Below, in pieces: positions 1-12,815 of a stretch of DNA of 64,000 nucleotides. The stretch spans positions 94,366,001 through 94,430,000 of the forward strand of contig CM052817.1 in NCBI GenBank assembly GCA_028534125.1, written 5' to 3'. Within the stretch, counting starts at the first letter, position 1. Each line of letters starts with the position of its first letter. The translations under genes were made by a program, and so were the position numbers. Below the pieces are notes generated by a model. That model had not been told where the DNA came from. It did no database searches and saw only the letters and a list, made by a program, of their open reading frames with translations. The DNA comes from Lama glama (taxonomy: Eukaryota).

Positions 1-378
1 CACAGAAGTCATCCAAGGACAGTGGCTAAATGGGTGCCTGTGGAGTGCCTGAACAGGGGGATGGAGGACATCACACCTTCATAATCTGCAGAACTAGTAT
101 CTGAAATAGCATTAATTCTGACCCTGGAGATTGAGATGTTACAGGGCAGTCACTGGGTAGAGTCATGCTGGGCTTACTGTAATGTCAGCTTGCAGCTTCA
201 GGAGACGGGGGCTAGGTAAGTTACGGTCACATCTGTAGCATGACCAGCTGTTTCAGCTCACGTTCACTCTGCATGGAACCTAGGAAAGAGAACGCAACCA
301 AAAGAACGTAAAGAATGCCTGTTTTCAGCCATGTTAAGAGAAAGAATATTTTGACTATGGACCGTGAGAGTCTAGGAC

Positions 379-894
379 AGTCAAACAGTAAGAATTCATT
401 TACTAGGGAGAGGCCTTGGAGAAACAGAAGGCAAAATGAATAAATCACAAGACCATTCTGTTGTTTCTGCTCAAGATAGAGTTGGTTCTATTGGCTTGAT
501 GGTGTTGCTAGGATCCCACGCTCATCAAACAATATTCTGCTTATGAAGTTGCTGTCCATGTGGAGTCTCCTTTAAGGAGAGGGTGTCAATCTGAGGACAC
601 TGGATTTTTCTAAGCTTATAGCAAAGTGTACAATCTTATTCTTTTCTTTTGCTTTAATTTTTGGGGATGATTTTAAAACACAAAATCAAATTCTTTATCA
701 AAGTGTAATGCAGTGTATGCTTGGAAAATGTTAAAGCATAAAAGACTATGTAGGGTATGGACACATTATTTTGGGGTCTCCCAGCACCCAAGTTGGAAAG
801 CAGAGCATGAGTCAAACAATAAGAATTCATTTACTAGGGAGAGGCCTTGGAGAAACAGAAGACAAAATGAACAGCTTAAATCACAAGACAATTC
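379..894 (+). repeat. Pair of ~80-bp direct repeats (379-458 and 810-894)
   Basis: agtcaaaca[g/a]taagaattcatttactagggagaggccttggagaaacagaag[g/a]caaaatgaa[-/cagct]taaatcacaagac[c/a]attc occurs twice. Confidence 0.9.
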
Positions 895-3079
895 AAGTTC
901 AGTGATTAGCTCCTTTCTTTTTCTGACTTGTTAGGAATAAAATTTTGGCACAGATTTTTAAAGTCCATGATAACATTTTAATGAAAAAACTCAAATAGTC
1001 TACAGGATACTTCATTTCATAAGTGTGGGTTGTGCTGCAGATCTTAAGATGACTTCAAGAATGATCAAATGACAGAGTTGGAAGGATCTCGGGAGATAAC
1101 CCATTGAAACCTCCTTATTTCATGGAGTGGGAAACGGAACCTCTATACCTTCACCTGCCCAAGGTTACCTGGACAGGTAGTGGTACCCCAGATTCAGAGC
1201 CCCCAGTTCCACCTTTCCTCACTCTATCATCTCCCTCCCCAATCTCCTTCCTTTCTCTCCCATTTCTTTCCTTGTGTACTTTGACTATAACTAGGTCCGG
1301 CAGGGAAAGAGAACTGATACGGTACTGGCATCACTCTTTGGCTTCAGGAAAAGGTGTGGCAGTGAAGGGAAGAGGAATTTGAAGCTATTTGGATACAGAT
1401 GTCAATTTTTTCATGTTAATTCCACATCACTATAGAAAACTGAGAAGTAGTCGTAAAGGAAAGAGCTACTATGAAGAAGAGCATGTAGAACAGTGTAAAA
1501 AAAAGTCCCTGCCTCCATAACTTTGCTTCTTTCTCTTCTGCCTGCCTGACAACTTCTTGGTCTTTAGAACTTGGTCCAGGTAAACCTTTCCTGACGTCTC
1601 AGTAAGAGGCAGATACGCTAGCCATAATCCTAATCTTAACCCTGATATTTCGAAAAAAAAATCCCATCTTTCAATTAGGCTTCAAACACCACATACCACC
1701 ATATTGTCATCCTTTTCTTGGCTATGAAGTGATTTTTCAGAAGTCAAAACCAGTTAAATTTACTCAGAGCCTCCTTTTCTTCTGTGGGGAAAACAACAGA
1801 TAATTTATATATAAGATTGTAACACTTCTGTTTCCAAAAAACTACATAGTCAAGGTTAACAGTCTTAGTAGACACTCCCTAATCTCTCTTTGGTGTAACA
1901 GAAAATATAATACAAATTCTAAATTTCTATGGCGTATACTGAAAACTCCTACACCTTATTTTAAGAAAAACAATCGCTATCTTAAATCTAATGGGGCAAT
2001 TTTTGAAAAGAAAGCACACGATGAACAGAACATAGACTTCAGGGTCTATACTTACTCTTAGCCCTTGATACTTGTGAAAATATGTTTTGGAACTGAACTT
2101 AGTCCTTGACAACTTTTTTTTTCAGTGAACTAAAACTGGCCTGTTGTACATTTGAGATCTTGTCCACAGGTGTGATATCAACAAGCAAACGCATTTAGGA
2201 GACCAACTAAACTAACAAAAAACAAACCAACTTTAATCTCACTCATATTTTCCTTTGTTCGTGAACAGTATAATATGTGATACGTTTGGCCATCCCCAGC
2301 TAGAGAGTATATACACTCTTCAACCTCGACTCGATCTGGTTTATCTCTTGACATAGCTCTCACCTCACGGAAGCTCTGTGCTGTATCACACAAACCTGGG
2401 CTCTGTAATCGGAGACCAGTCCAGTCCTGCCTAGATCTGAACACAGCAACTCACAGCCCTCAAGTCCTGGCAGACACATGCTGGGGAGATGAAGTGGGCA
2501 ACCTAACTTGAGACTAGTAATGAAACAGTCTGATCCTGGCCCCACCTTCATCGATATTTTCTCTTAGGAGTGCTTCTTGTAGAAAAGGCAATTGAGACTT
2601 AAGAAAATAATACTGGGCTTGATTCTTGCTGAGTCTGAGGGTGCGAGGGGTTGGGTTTGAGCAGTGGGGAGCCCTCTCTTCTTCTCTAGCTCTGAGTTTC
2701 AGCTGGGACTGGAGCCAAACACCCTGTCAGGTGGGGCTGGAGGAGAAGTCTGGATGCCTACATATGGAGCTCCATGGTACCCTTAGACCATCTGAAGACT
2801 CATGTACTTGCTGTGAGGGAGGCTCCCTGTCCTGTGAAGATGAGTGTCCTTGTGGGGCAGTCCTGGTGGGTGATCAGATACCTAATCTAGGTCCTCTTCT
2901 CAGCTTCCTTATCAGTCTTAGTTCTCTTCCTTGGGATGTGCTTTTTTTATTTGAACAAATGCATAGGTAAATATTTAATCTTCCTTCATTGCTACGTTGT
3001 CCTTGGTGCTGGTGATATCTGTATTTTTGAAAGGCTACTCAGCACCTTTGGAAAGGGAACAGTATCAAAAATTCCTTTA

Positions 3080-3539
3080 TACTCAGTCATAAAAAAGAAG
3101 AAAATGGTGCCATTTTCAGCAACATGGATGGACCTAGAGATTGTCATTACTAAGTGAAGTAAGCTAGAAAGAGAAAGAAAAATATCATATGTTATTACTC
3201 ATATGTGGAATCAAAAAAAGAAGAAAAGAGGACACTAATGAACTCATCTACAAAACAGAAGCAGGCTAGCAGACATGGTAAATAATCTTATGGTTACCGG
3301 GGAAAGGGGGTGGGAAGGGATAAATTTGGGAGTTTGAGATTTGCAAATGTTAGCCACTAAATATAAAAATAGATATAAAAACACCAATTTCTTCTGTAGA
3401 GCACAGGGAACTATATTCAATATCTTGTAATAACCGTTCATGAAAAAGAATATGAAAACAAATATATGTATGTATATGCATGACTGGGACATTGTGCTAT
3501 ACACCAGAAATTGATACATTGTAACTGACTTCAATTAAA
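3080..3539 (+). mobile_element. 5'-truncated L1 3' end with 13-bp TSD
   Basis: L1 3' motifs (gcaacatggatggacctagag, gcacagggaactatattcaa), A tail, TSD aaaaattccttta at 3067-3079 and 3540-3552. Confidence 0.9.
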
Positions 3540-3649
3540 AAAAATTCCTTTAAAAGATCATTGAAGCTAGATTTGTCTTTCAACTGTTGAAGGAAAGTAT
3601 GAGAAGAAGGTAGTTATTGCCAAGAATGGAAAGGAGGAAATGGACTTAC

Positions 3650-3901
3650 CATCATCACGGTCAGCCAGGATAACCACCTTGGTGGTGGGGAATCTGGCCC
3701 CCAGTTGCCCTCCCGTTGGCAGGCTCAGTGAAACGCTGAAGGATTCCTCCTCTTCATAGAGGGAGTCATCGATGATCAGGACCCGGCAGGCGTTCTCAAC
3801 TTCATCCTTGTCAAAATGGAGGATGCTAGTGTGATCTTTTGGACGTGAGATGTAGTCAGAGAAAGATAACACTGTGGGAGGTAGGGTGCCTGTGGCAGAA
3901 C
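3650..3901 (-). CDS. FREM3: FREM3 exon 6 (252 nt): [21 protein letters not shown]...ILADRDD; remainder of Calx-beta 2
   Basis: Acceptor TTTCCATAG|GT, donor GATG|GTAAGT. Phase 1-1; [13 protein letters not shown]alx-beta motif. Confidence 0.95.
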
Positions 3902-4143
3902 CTATGGAAATAGGAGATGGAACAGAGGTGAGAAGACATGGAGTTCTGAACAGGAAGCCCACTCCCCACTGAGTTTTCTTCAAACTATTTTTAGATAAGA
4001 GCTATCTGAATTATAAGGCACACTTACCTCTTACAGTCACAAATACTAATATTATAATTAGAAGGCTTTAAGAACAGATCCTGCTGTTCTAACATGATCC
4101 ACAGTTAGTGGTCTTTAAATAGGGTATATATTGCATAAGTTTT

Positions 4144-4525
4144 ACTTTTTTTTTTTTTTAGATATCACATATAAGTGATATCATGTGATATTTTTCTTTC
4201 TCTTTCTGGCTTACTTCACTTAGAATGACATTCTCCATGTTGCTGCAAATAGCGTTATTTTATTATTTTTTATGGCTGAGTAGTATTCCATTACAACCCC
4301 CCCCCCACAACTTCTTTATCCAGTCATCTGTTGATGGACATTTAGGTTGTTTCTATGTCTTGGATATTGTAAATAGGGCTGTTATGAACATTGGGGTGTA
4401 GGTGTCTTTTTGAATTAAGGTTGTCTCTGGATATATGCCCAGGAGTGGGACTGTTGGATCATATGGTAAGTCTATTTTTAGTTTTCTGAGAAATTTCCAT
4501 ACTGTTTTCCACAATGGCTGCACCA
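4144..4525 (-). mobile_element. L1 fragment ending at an internal A tract
   Basis: Reverse-complement L1 ORF2-end/3'UTR motifs. Imperfect TSD gcataagttt / gcataaagttt. Confidence 0.85.
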
Positions 4526-4819
4526 GCATAAAGTTTGTTTAGATTAGGGGCTAAATAAGCTGAAGGATCATAGGATGGTGGGTCTGGTTTAACTTAATTT
4601 GTTCCTGTTATAGACTGGAAAACTGAAGTACAGATAAAATTATAACCAGAGAATCTATCCCCTACCCCTGCCCTCCCCTTAGTGGCAGAGCTGTCAGTGC
4701 CATCTATGTAATCTGACCTTCAGATCTTGCCTAGAGTTCTTCACATGACACCAAAATACAGCCACAAAATTACTTATTTTACAAGGAGTACAGGATTGAT
4801 CAGACAATTTTAGTTTAGA

Positions 4820-6150
4820 TGCAGTACACTTAAAATTCTGTAATAATAATTTACACATTAAGATTCCCCAATTTAAATGCACCATTTGATGAGTTTTGAC
4901 AAATATATGCAGTCATGTAACCATGAGCACAAGCATAATGTTGAGCATTTTACCCACCGACCAAAGTTAATGTGTACCCCTTGTAATCTCTGCTTGCCTG
5001 TCTCCCAGCCCGGGAAGCCACTCATCCATTTTCTGTCACCATAGATTTACTTGCCTTTCAGACAATTTCATGGAAATGAAACCATGTGGTTTTCAGCCTT
5101 TTGTGCCTGATTCCTTTCATTTAGCACTATGTGTTGAAGATGTATCGATACATCAGGATTTTCTTCTTTTTTGTTCCTAAACAGTGCTCCTCATTGTGTG
5201 GCTGCACCAGAATTTGTTTTCCCATTTACCAGTTGGAAATCTGGGTTGCTTCAGTTTTTAGCTATTCTGAATAATGCTGCTGTAAATATTCAAGCACAGG
5301 TCTTTGAGTAGATGTATCATTTTATTTCTCTTGAGTAAATACTTAGAGGAGGGGTTTCTGGGATTTAGTGCACTGTTTTCATTGTGGGAAATGAACATAA
5401 TCTAAAATTTATCATCTTGGGGAGAGGTGATTAGGTTTGTTTGTTTGTTTATTTTAACAGAGGCACTGGGGATTGAACCCAGACCTTGTGCATGTTGAGC
5501 ACGTGCTCTGCCACTGAGCTATCCCCTCCCCTACCAGCTCAACTATTTTTAGGTGTACAGTTCAGTAGGGTTGCCTATTCACGTTATTGTGAAACATCTC
5601 CAGGACTTTTGCATCTTTCAAAACTGAAACTCTGTACCCGTTAAACAACTCCCTCTTTCCTCCTCACCCCAGTCTCTGGACACCACCGTTTTACTTTCTG
5701 TCTCTATGAACTTGTCTACTGTAGGTACTGGGTATAAGTGGAATTATACAGTATTTGTCTTTTGTGACTGGCTTATTATTTCACGTAGCATAATGTCCTC
5801 AAATTCTGACACATGCTACCTACACATCCTCAATGTAGCATGTGTCAGACTTTCCTTCTTTTCTTAAGGCTGAATAAATACTATTTTATTGTATGGTCAC
5901 ACCACATCTTGTTTATCCATTCAACCAGCCATGAATATTTCTGTTGTTTCACCTGTTGGTTACTGTGAATAATGTTGCTATGAACATGTGTGCAACTATC
6001 TCTCTGAGACCCTGCTTTTAATTCTTTTGGATATATACCCAGATGTGGGATATATGTTGGACCATATGGTAATTTTATTTGTAATTTTTTGAGGATCTGC
6101 TATACTATTTCCCATAGCAGCTGTACCATCTTACAATCCCATCAGCAGTG
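4820..6150 (-). mobile_element. Older L1M-type 3' fragments, interrupted by a SINE (boundaries approximate)
   Basis: Degenerate L1 3' motifs (gatgagttttgacaaatat, aataatgctgctgtaaatatt, ttttggatatatacccag). Confidence 0.7.
5419..5531 (-). mobile_element. tRNA-derived SINE (Vic-1-like)
   Basis: Reverse complement reads GGGGAGGGGATAGCTCAGTGGCAGAGC...GGGTTCAATCCCCAGTGCCTC plus an A-rich tail. Pol III A and B boxes; 6 related copies in the window. Confidence 0.85.
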
Positions 6151-6720
6151 TAATTCAGTGCACTCCTTTGCAGTATTAAAAATGTAGCAATGCACAGGTT
6201 TAGAGCTCAAAGAATAAAAAGTAGTCACAGTGATTGAAAAGATTTAGACAGACCAGATTCAGGAGACAAAGATTTTGTGCAGTAACTCAATATACCAAAT
6301 AAGTAATTTTCGAAAATCATAAGTGTTTCCCACCACACTTCTCCTTAGTAAAAAGCAATGGGGGTATGACAGTGAGCTCCTAGGTCAGACACTCTAGGTC
6401 CAGCAAGGGTCTCTTTTGCTTATAGCTATGGTACGTGCATATATGCATGCTAACACCAACATCCACTTTCTTCTTGCTCATATAAATCAACACAAATACA
6501 AATTGTCATCTATGAGTGTGTGCTGCCTGTATAAATACAGCTTGTTTAAAAATGAGAATTATTTCCAAAGTGACTTCTGAGGATTTGCTTAGAAGGTACT
6601 GACTCTACATCCCTTGTCGTTTGCAGGGGTAGATTATGGGGCAAGATGAACCGTCTTACTGAGGAGGGGTTTAATTCTCTAAAATTAATGTTAGAACCAA
6701 AGAATTCATTTCAGACTAAC

Positions 6721-6925
6721 ATGGTGGTATGCTGCTAAATGTTTAAGAAACAAACCAGAAAGCCACACAAAATCCCTGATTTGTAGCTTTGGCTGATTTT
6801 TGTCATGTAAATATTCCCACCATGGCCAGTTTCACTATCAATGTGAAGTTACTGAACCCAGAGTTGGGAAGAGATGCAAGCAACTGACTCTCATGAGGAG
6901 TACTGGCTGGATCCAGCACACCACT
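6721..6925. mobile_element. Old hAT-type DNA transposon relic (Arthur1-like)
   Basis: Degenerate terminal inverted repeats ggtggtatgctg ... cagcacaccact. Family name from memory. Confidence 0.4.
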
Positions 6926-8039
6926 CCATCCATGATGACAACAGCATAGGCTTCCCCATCCATGCCCATCTCAGACAGGGAGTCTGAGAATCTATGAAAT
7001 TATTTTAAAAATTAATTGTTGCTTTACAGAGGGTGCCTATGGCACAGTCTCTATGGCTACATAGTACACTTGCTCTATAAAAATCATAAATGATGCTTTG
7101 AGTCAGAGAGAAAGATCTCTCAAGAAACCACATTAAAGGGTGACTGAATCACTATAGCACGGCATTTGATAACTTTATGAGGTGGCTAGGATACTTTATT
7201 AATGAGGAAATCGAGGCAGAGAACACCCCAGTGTCTTGTCCAGGAGTCAAAGTTCCATCTCCCAATAGAGCATTTTTTAACTTCCCCATGTTGTCTTTAG
7301 TTATTGTATTACTCGATTACAAATTCTTTTAAATAGACAAATTTCCTTTAATGTATATTTTTAATACGGCAGCAAGACAAGATATTGCCTTTCTGTAAAA
7401 AACATAGCATCAAACTCCTGGTCAGAGTAGGCAGTGTCAGAAGCCCCAGGCACGGTTCATTTCATGCTCAGAGGGGTCCATGACTGGGGGGAGGTGCGGG
7501 AGTGAGTGGAGAGAAGTGGAGAGGGGAGAAACAGGGCTGGAGCAGCATGGGAGCTTCTGTCTAGAGTCGTCTGGGACATCTGTTCCCAGCAGTTTGGCTG
7601 GCTAGGTATTCTGAGATGCTCTCCCACAGCAAAACATCTAGAAGAAATAATTATTCTGGCTTTTCTGTGCTCACAGGAGGTAAGGGAAATCATCAAGGGC
7701 CAAAACCAAGCAAAACCAAAAAGAACACCTTAAAACCCCAAACTCCAAAACACTAAAGCTAGAGAAGAGATTCCCACTCAAGCTGGGATTCAGAATCAGC
7801 ACTGCAGGGGAGACTGGGCCACGGACCTATGGCACCGTCAGGGAGGTGAATCTGAAACTCTGCGATCTGGCCTGGGACGCAGGGGAGTAGGAGTATTTCT
7901 GGGTCAGCACTGCTCTCAGATCCCAGGATAAGCCACGCAAATCTGCCTTGGAGGAAAACATCTTCAAGTAAAGCCCCCAGATCTTTCACAGATTCAGATA
8001 ATTTTAAGAGGATCTTAAATGCATAGAAAAGACAGATCA

Positions 8040-8260
8040 CAACGAAGACGACTTTTAGACCAAAAGCAGACTTTTTAGCAAGACAATGGGAGGCAGAAGA
8101 CAATGGAATAATAACTCCAAAATGCTGGGAGAAAATAACTATCCACCTAGAATTTCACGACTGAGGTTGAAGTGAAGACACGTTCTGATAAACAAAAAAC
8201 TAAGGATTAACCCTTGGCAGACCTTCAGTCAAGGGACTTCTAAATCATCCAAAGAACCCC
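8040..8260 (+). mobile_element. Ancient L1 ORF1 C-terminal remnant
   Basis: gcagactttt...gaggcagaagacaatggaataata...aaaataactatccacctagaattt is typical of the L1 ORF1 3' part. Confidence 0.6.
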
Positions 8261-10308
8261 TTTGAGATGCAAGGTATAACTTCTAAAACCTATAAACACA
8301 CTGATACCCAAATAAATAAAAACAGATTCTTTTTTTCTAGGCAAAGGAGAAAGTCTTTTGCCTGGATGTGCTTGGAACCTGCTTTCTACCTCTTAACTTG
8401 ACCCAGAGAAACAATCTAATCACAGACGTGGGGTGGTCCATGGCTGTGGTTTACCACAGTCCCTTCAACTGGATAAAGTTGATTGTTTTAAAAACCTCAA
8501 CATATCTGACTTTGCACTGACCAAAACCACAGGGTGAAAAAAAAAAAAACCCACAGGATGATTCGATACTGTTTCTGTTTTATTGGGTTTAGGTTCTAGT
8601 GTCTTGTTCTTCATTGGCTGTTTTTCCAAGACGGGCAATTTCCCAACGAGAAAGTGACTATTGAAAAGAAAAAGATGATTATCTTGAGAATAAAACAGGG
8701 CCAAAAACTGTCTAATTTGCACATCCTTCTCCAATATATCCTGGAGATTAAAACAATTTAGAGCAATAGTTCTCAGCCAATGATGGAGAGTTTATTCCTT
8801 CAGCTCTTCTTCTCCCAATATTTTCTTTTTAAATACAATACTTCCACATCATTGTCTGAGAATACATTTGGGGATCTTGAGATTCCCATGAAAACACAAC
8901 ATAAATCTGCCTCTTTCATCTGCTTGCAAGTGTATTATTACACGGTTGTATCTGTGAATCACTATTAATGTAGAGAGCGCGAGTCTGCTTTCCATTCAAC
9001 TGTTTATACATGAGTCATGTTTATTTTATTCATGGAAATGCATAATCGGTAGACATTTGTTTTAACAAGGCTTACAGAAAAGTTTAAATAACCAAATTGA
9101 ATTTATCCTCTGAGATACTTAATTGTCTGAGGGGAGTAGGTTAAGACAGATGCCATAATGATGCTTGAGTGTGCTTTAAAATTGCAGAAGTGCTCTCTGT
9201 CTTACAATTCTACAGAGGTGTACGAGAATCAGGATTGGAGTGTGCACACCATGGCTTCGTGCTCCAGGGAAGGACCCTGACCCCGTCATATTCTCTCTCT
9301 CCTTTATTTTTATTGCAGGTGTGAGAATAGTCCTTTGTGTGAGGAATCAAGGGTTAAAGCTCAGGTGCCAAAGAGTCTGAGTTGTGTGCCAGGGACACAG
9401 GAGCTTTCCGGGAACACCAGCCCTTGAACCTGAACCCCTTATGGGAAGCTCAGCTGGGGTGTAGCTTCAGCCTCCTGGGGAGGAGGCATCCCCGTATCCT
9501 GGCTGGTTTACTGCCAGACACTGTGTTCTTCCCCGGTTCCCTCTGCTTGTCCTTTCACAGCGTAGCTCTTTCCAGAGGCAGAAGGAGGGCCCCTTTCTAT
9601 TTATTAATTATACATTATCTTCCAAATTGGGCCACTTTCCACTTCATTTCTCCCATTCACATCTAGGAGACCTAGAATCATTGTCTTCCAGACGCTCTGC
9701 TTGTGGACAGGGAGTATGCCACCAGTCCCGGAAGCAGCCCAGCTGGAACCCTAGGGCAGATGAAGAGGGTCCTTCCTCCCACAGCTGCTCTGCCCACCTG
9801 CAGCCACTGCCCTGTGAACCCTCATTCTTTGTAAGACCCCCAACTAGAGCCCCGAGTGGACCTGGAACAGAGTGCTGGCACGTCCTCCCAGGGATCAGCT
9901 GACAAAGAAGACCTGAAGGACTGCCTTGCTGTGTTATTTCTTCTTGTTGCTTTTCCCACATGAGGTAACACCACGGTAAAACTTAAGAACTGCTGAAGTT
10001 ACAGGTAGCTGGCGGTATCTGATGCCTTCAAGAGATCCTTAGTTAAAGGACAGGCTACTGGGCTGTCTGACTCTAAACATACAACCAAACACAAACAGGA
10101 AGATCTTGAAGCTGTGCTGGAAAGCCTTGTCCTTGTAGCTGGTTTCGAGTATCTCAGAATAAGTTGTGTGCATACTGCCTGTCCTCTGAGGCAGAGGAGA
10201 ATTTATTCTTTTTCCTCTTCTCAACTTTGGCACTACTGATATTTTGAGATTTTTTTGTTTTTTAAAAATTGGCTTATATTTTCTTTTTTTCTGTTTTTCA
10301 AATGAAGG

Positions 10309-10851
10309 TGTTAGGTAGTTAGATAAGTGGGCGCACTGGGCTGATAAGGTGGAGGACAGGGAGGATGGTCTGGAAGATGGTGATATGCCCGTCTTCAGCA
10401 TAAGGGGCTTTACTTTCTCTGGATGAGTGCCAGCAAGAAACCAGTTGGGACCAGATGGCTGCAACTGCATGGCAGTGACAAGGACCTAACTGGACATGAA
10501 CCAATACTCACTGTAATGTAATTAGCACTGTGGCTTAGGAACACTCCCCCCCCACCGTGGATTTTTCTGTGTGCATGATGGGTAAGGGGGCTGGGCATGA
10601 CTAAGCACTCCAGGGGCAAGAGCCATCAATCAATTAAGAGATCGTCCCTAAGGGAGGGTATAAGACAGAGTGACAAAGACCGGAGCTGCCATCCTCTCTT
10701 GGATCAGCCTGCCTTCCGCTCTTGGACGTATACTTTTGCTTTGCTAATAAAATCTTAAAAATTTTAAACTACACAATGCTTTTGTCTCCCATCTGAATTC
10801 TTCTCTTCTCTGGCAAGATGCGAACCGAGGCCTTCCCCTTTTGGGGTAACA
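10309..10851 (+). mobile_element. Solo ERV LTR (543 bp) inserted in a SINE
   Basis: Terminal TGTTA...TAACA, TATAAG at 10659, AATAAA at 10746, flanks aagg / gagg. Confidence 0.8.
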
Positions 10852-10923
10852 GAGGCACTGGGGATGGAACCCAGGACTCGTGCACACTAAGCATGCACTC
10901 TACCACTGAGCTATACCCACCCC
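10852..10923 (-). mobile_element. tRNA-derived SINE head (Vic-1-like); tail displaced to about 10280-10308 by the LTR
   Basis: Reverse complement GGGGTGGGTATAGCTCAGTGGTAGAGTGCATGCTTAG...GGGTTCCATCCCCAGTGCCTC. Confidence 0.85.
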
Positions 10924-10990
10924 TGAAGTTGATATGTTGAATAGATAATTTTTTACTGTGGGGGTTGTGCATTGTCAGATGTTTAGCAAG

Positions 10991-12278
10991 TGTGAGCAGA
11001 GATTTCAACAGACTGGATATACGAAAGAAGAGTATGAATAAAAGACCATGTATAGAAGTAGAACTCTGACCTGCAATCTGCAGCAACTAGTGTAGGAAGT
11101 CAAACCACAACTGCTGTTAACAATCGGCCCCAATTGGTCGGGACTTCACAATTCCCAGTTCCTCTAATTTCTGCCCCAGCTTCCAATTTAGGACCAACTA
11201 GAGAAAGCCAAACATGCTCCCCTAATCAGTTACACAGGGTGCGTCCAGCTTCCCAAGCTGACAGCCTCCAATCAGGGTTTATCTTGAAGACTCCCCTTTT
11301 TTTGCACTATAAAGCTTTTCACTCCTCTGCCTGCCTTTGAGTCTCTGCTGAATGCTAGAGATGGTGGCTGACCCTCCTGCTACCATGAGCTCTGAATAAA
11401 TTAGCCTTGGACATAAGTAACACACATGTGGTCATCTCCATTTCCTGGCGCACAGCTCCTAAAACCCTTAGAGACTTTAAAGTGATGGGTTGTTTTGTAT
11501 GCTAATGAGATGACTGTGCTGGGGCTCCTGGAGAGCCTCGGGATAGGGACTGGTTGCCAAGGAAACCAACCAGGTGATTAAAGGGTAGGAATTTTTAGCC
11601 CCACTCCCTAGCCTCCAGGGAGAGGAGAGGGGCTGGAAGTTGAGTTAATCACCAAAGGCCAAGAATTCATCAATCATGCCTCTGTAATGAAGCCTCCATA
11701 AAAAAAAAATTCTAGCCAAAGGAGCTCAGAGAGCTTCCAGGTTGCTGCACACATGGAGGTGCCGGGAGGATGAGTGCCCAGAGAGAGCATGGCAGTTCTG
11801 TGTCCCTTCCAACAGACCTTAGCTTACACATCTCTTTCATCTGGCTGTTCCTGGGTTGTATCCTTTGTAATAGACTTGTAATCTAGTAAGTAAACTGTTT
11901 TCCCAAATCATGTTAGCTGTTTTAGAAAATTATCGAATCCAAAGAGGGGGTGGTGGGAACCTCCAGTTTACACCCTGTTGATCAGAAGCACAGGTGACAA
12001 CCTGTACTTGCTATGGGCATCTGAAGTGGGGGCAGTCTTGTGGGACAGAGCCCGTAACATGTGGGCTCTGTGTTATCTCCAGGTAGATCGTGTCAGAGTT
12101 GAACAGTTTCAGGACATCTAGTGGGGTATCTGCAGGAACTGGAGAATTGCTTAGTGTGGGGGAAACCTGCACAGGTCTGCTGTCAGAAGTGAGATGCTGG
12201 TGTGAGTGTAGAAGAGTGGAGTTTTCCTTTATAGCCTACTCTTGCTCTCATTTGGATGGTTTTCATATAGTTCCATCA
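10991..12278 (+). mobile_element. Old ERV1-type LTR (MER34/MER39-like) split by a second LTR
   Basis: TG start, CCAAT boxes, ctataaag TATA near 11307, AATAAA near 11395. Its U5-like tail resumes at 12234-12278. Confidence 0.6.
11408..12233 (+). mobile_element. MER21-like LTR nested in the preceding LTR
   Basis: MER21-like text (cacagctcctaaaaccctt, tatgctaatgagatgact, aatcatgcc...taatgaagcctccataaaa). 4-bp TSD gcct at 11404-11407 and 12234-12237. A related copy lies inverted at 34144-35061. Confidence 0.75.
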
Positions 12279-12815
12279 TTTTTGTCTATTACATAGTTCT
12301 AATGAGTTAGAAGATATGAGTAGACACAGGAGAGCTAAATTTTGACTGTACAGAATGGCAAGGTCAGAAAGAATGGGATGTTGTTTTGAGTTGTGAGGAC
12401 AGCTGGGCCCATGATTGGGGGGGGTTTTTAGTTGTTGGAGGGGTGGAGGGAGGCGAAGAAGAGCGACTGAGTGGTGTATACAGACCATTTCATGTTGTTT
12501 CCTTTATGCAATGATGACTATTAAAATTTAAGAATCCTTATTTATACTTTCTACCAGCATATATACACTATTTTATATAAAATGTCTAATCTGACCCTCA
12601 CAAAATTTTGTGGATAGTCACAACAGAGGTTTTGAATTCCAGTTTCGAGTATAATTTTATCCCTGGTGGAGGAGATCAGCTCAGAGCAGTTAGGGCACCC
12701 ACACAGTGTTGCATGGAGTCAAGGAGCAGAGGTCACCACCCAGCCACCTCCAGCATCACCGCGGTCCTGTACTAAGACCCTATTCCTGGATATCAGTACC
12801 AGCAAAGCCTCATAC

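Noticed and set aside
1..3649. FREM3 exon 7 (third Calx-beta domain)
   Set aside because: No minus-strand segment with the expected motif and splice sites was found by eye; it probably lies left of the window.
6969..6989. Perfect 8-bp hairpin tctcagac-aggga-gtctgaga (and a 9-bp one near 14643-14661)
   Set aside because: Stems this short are expected by chance in 64 kb and have no supporting context.
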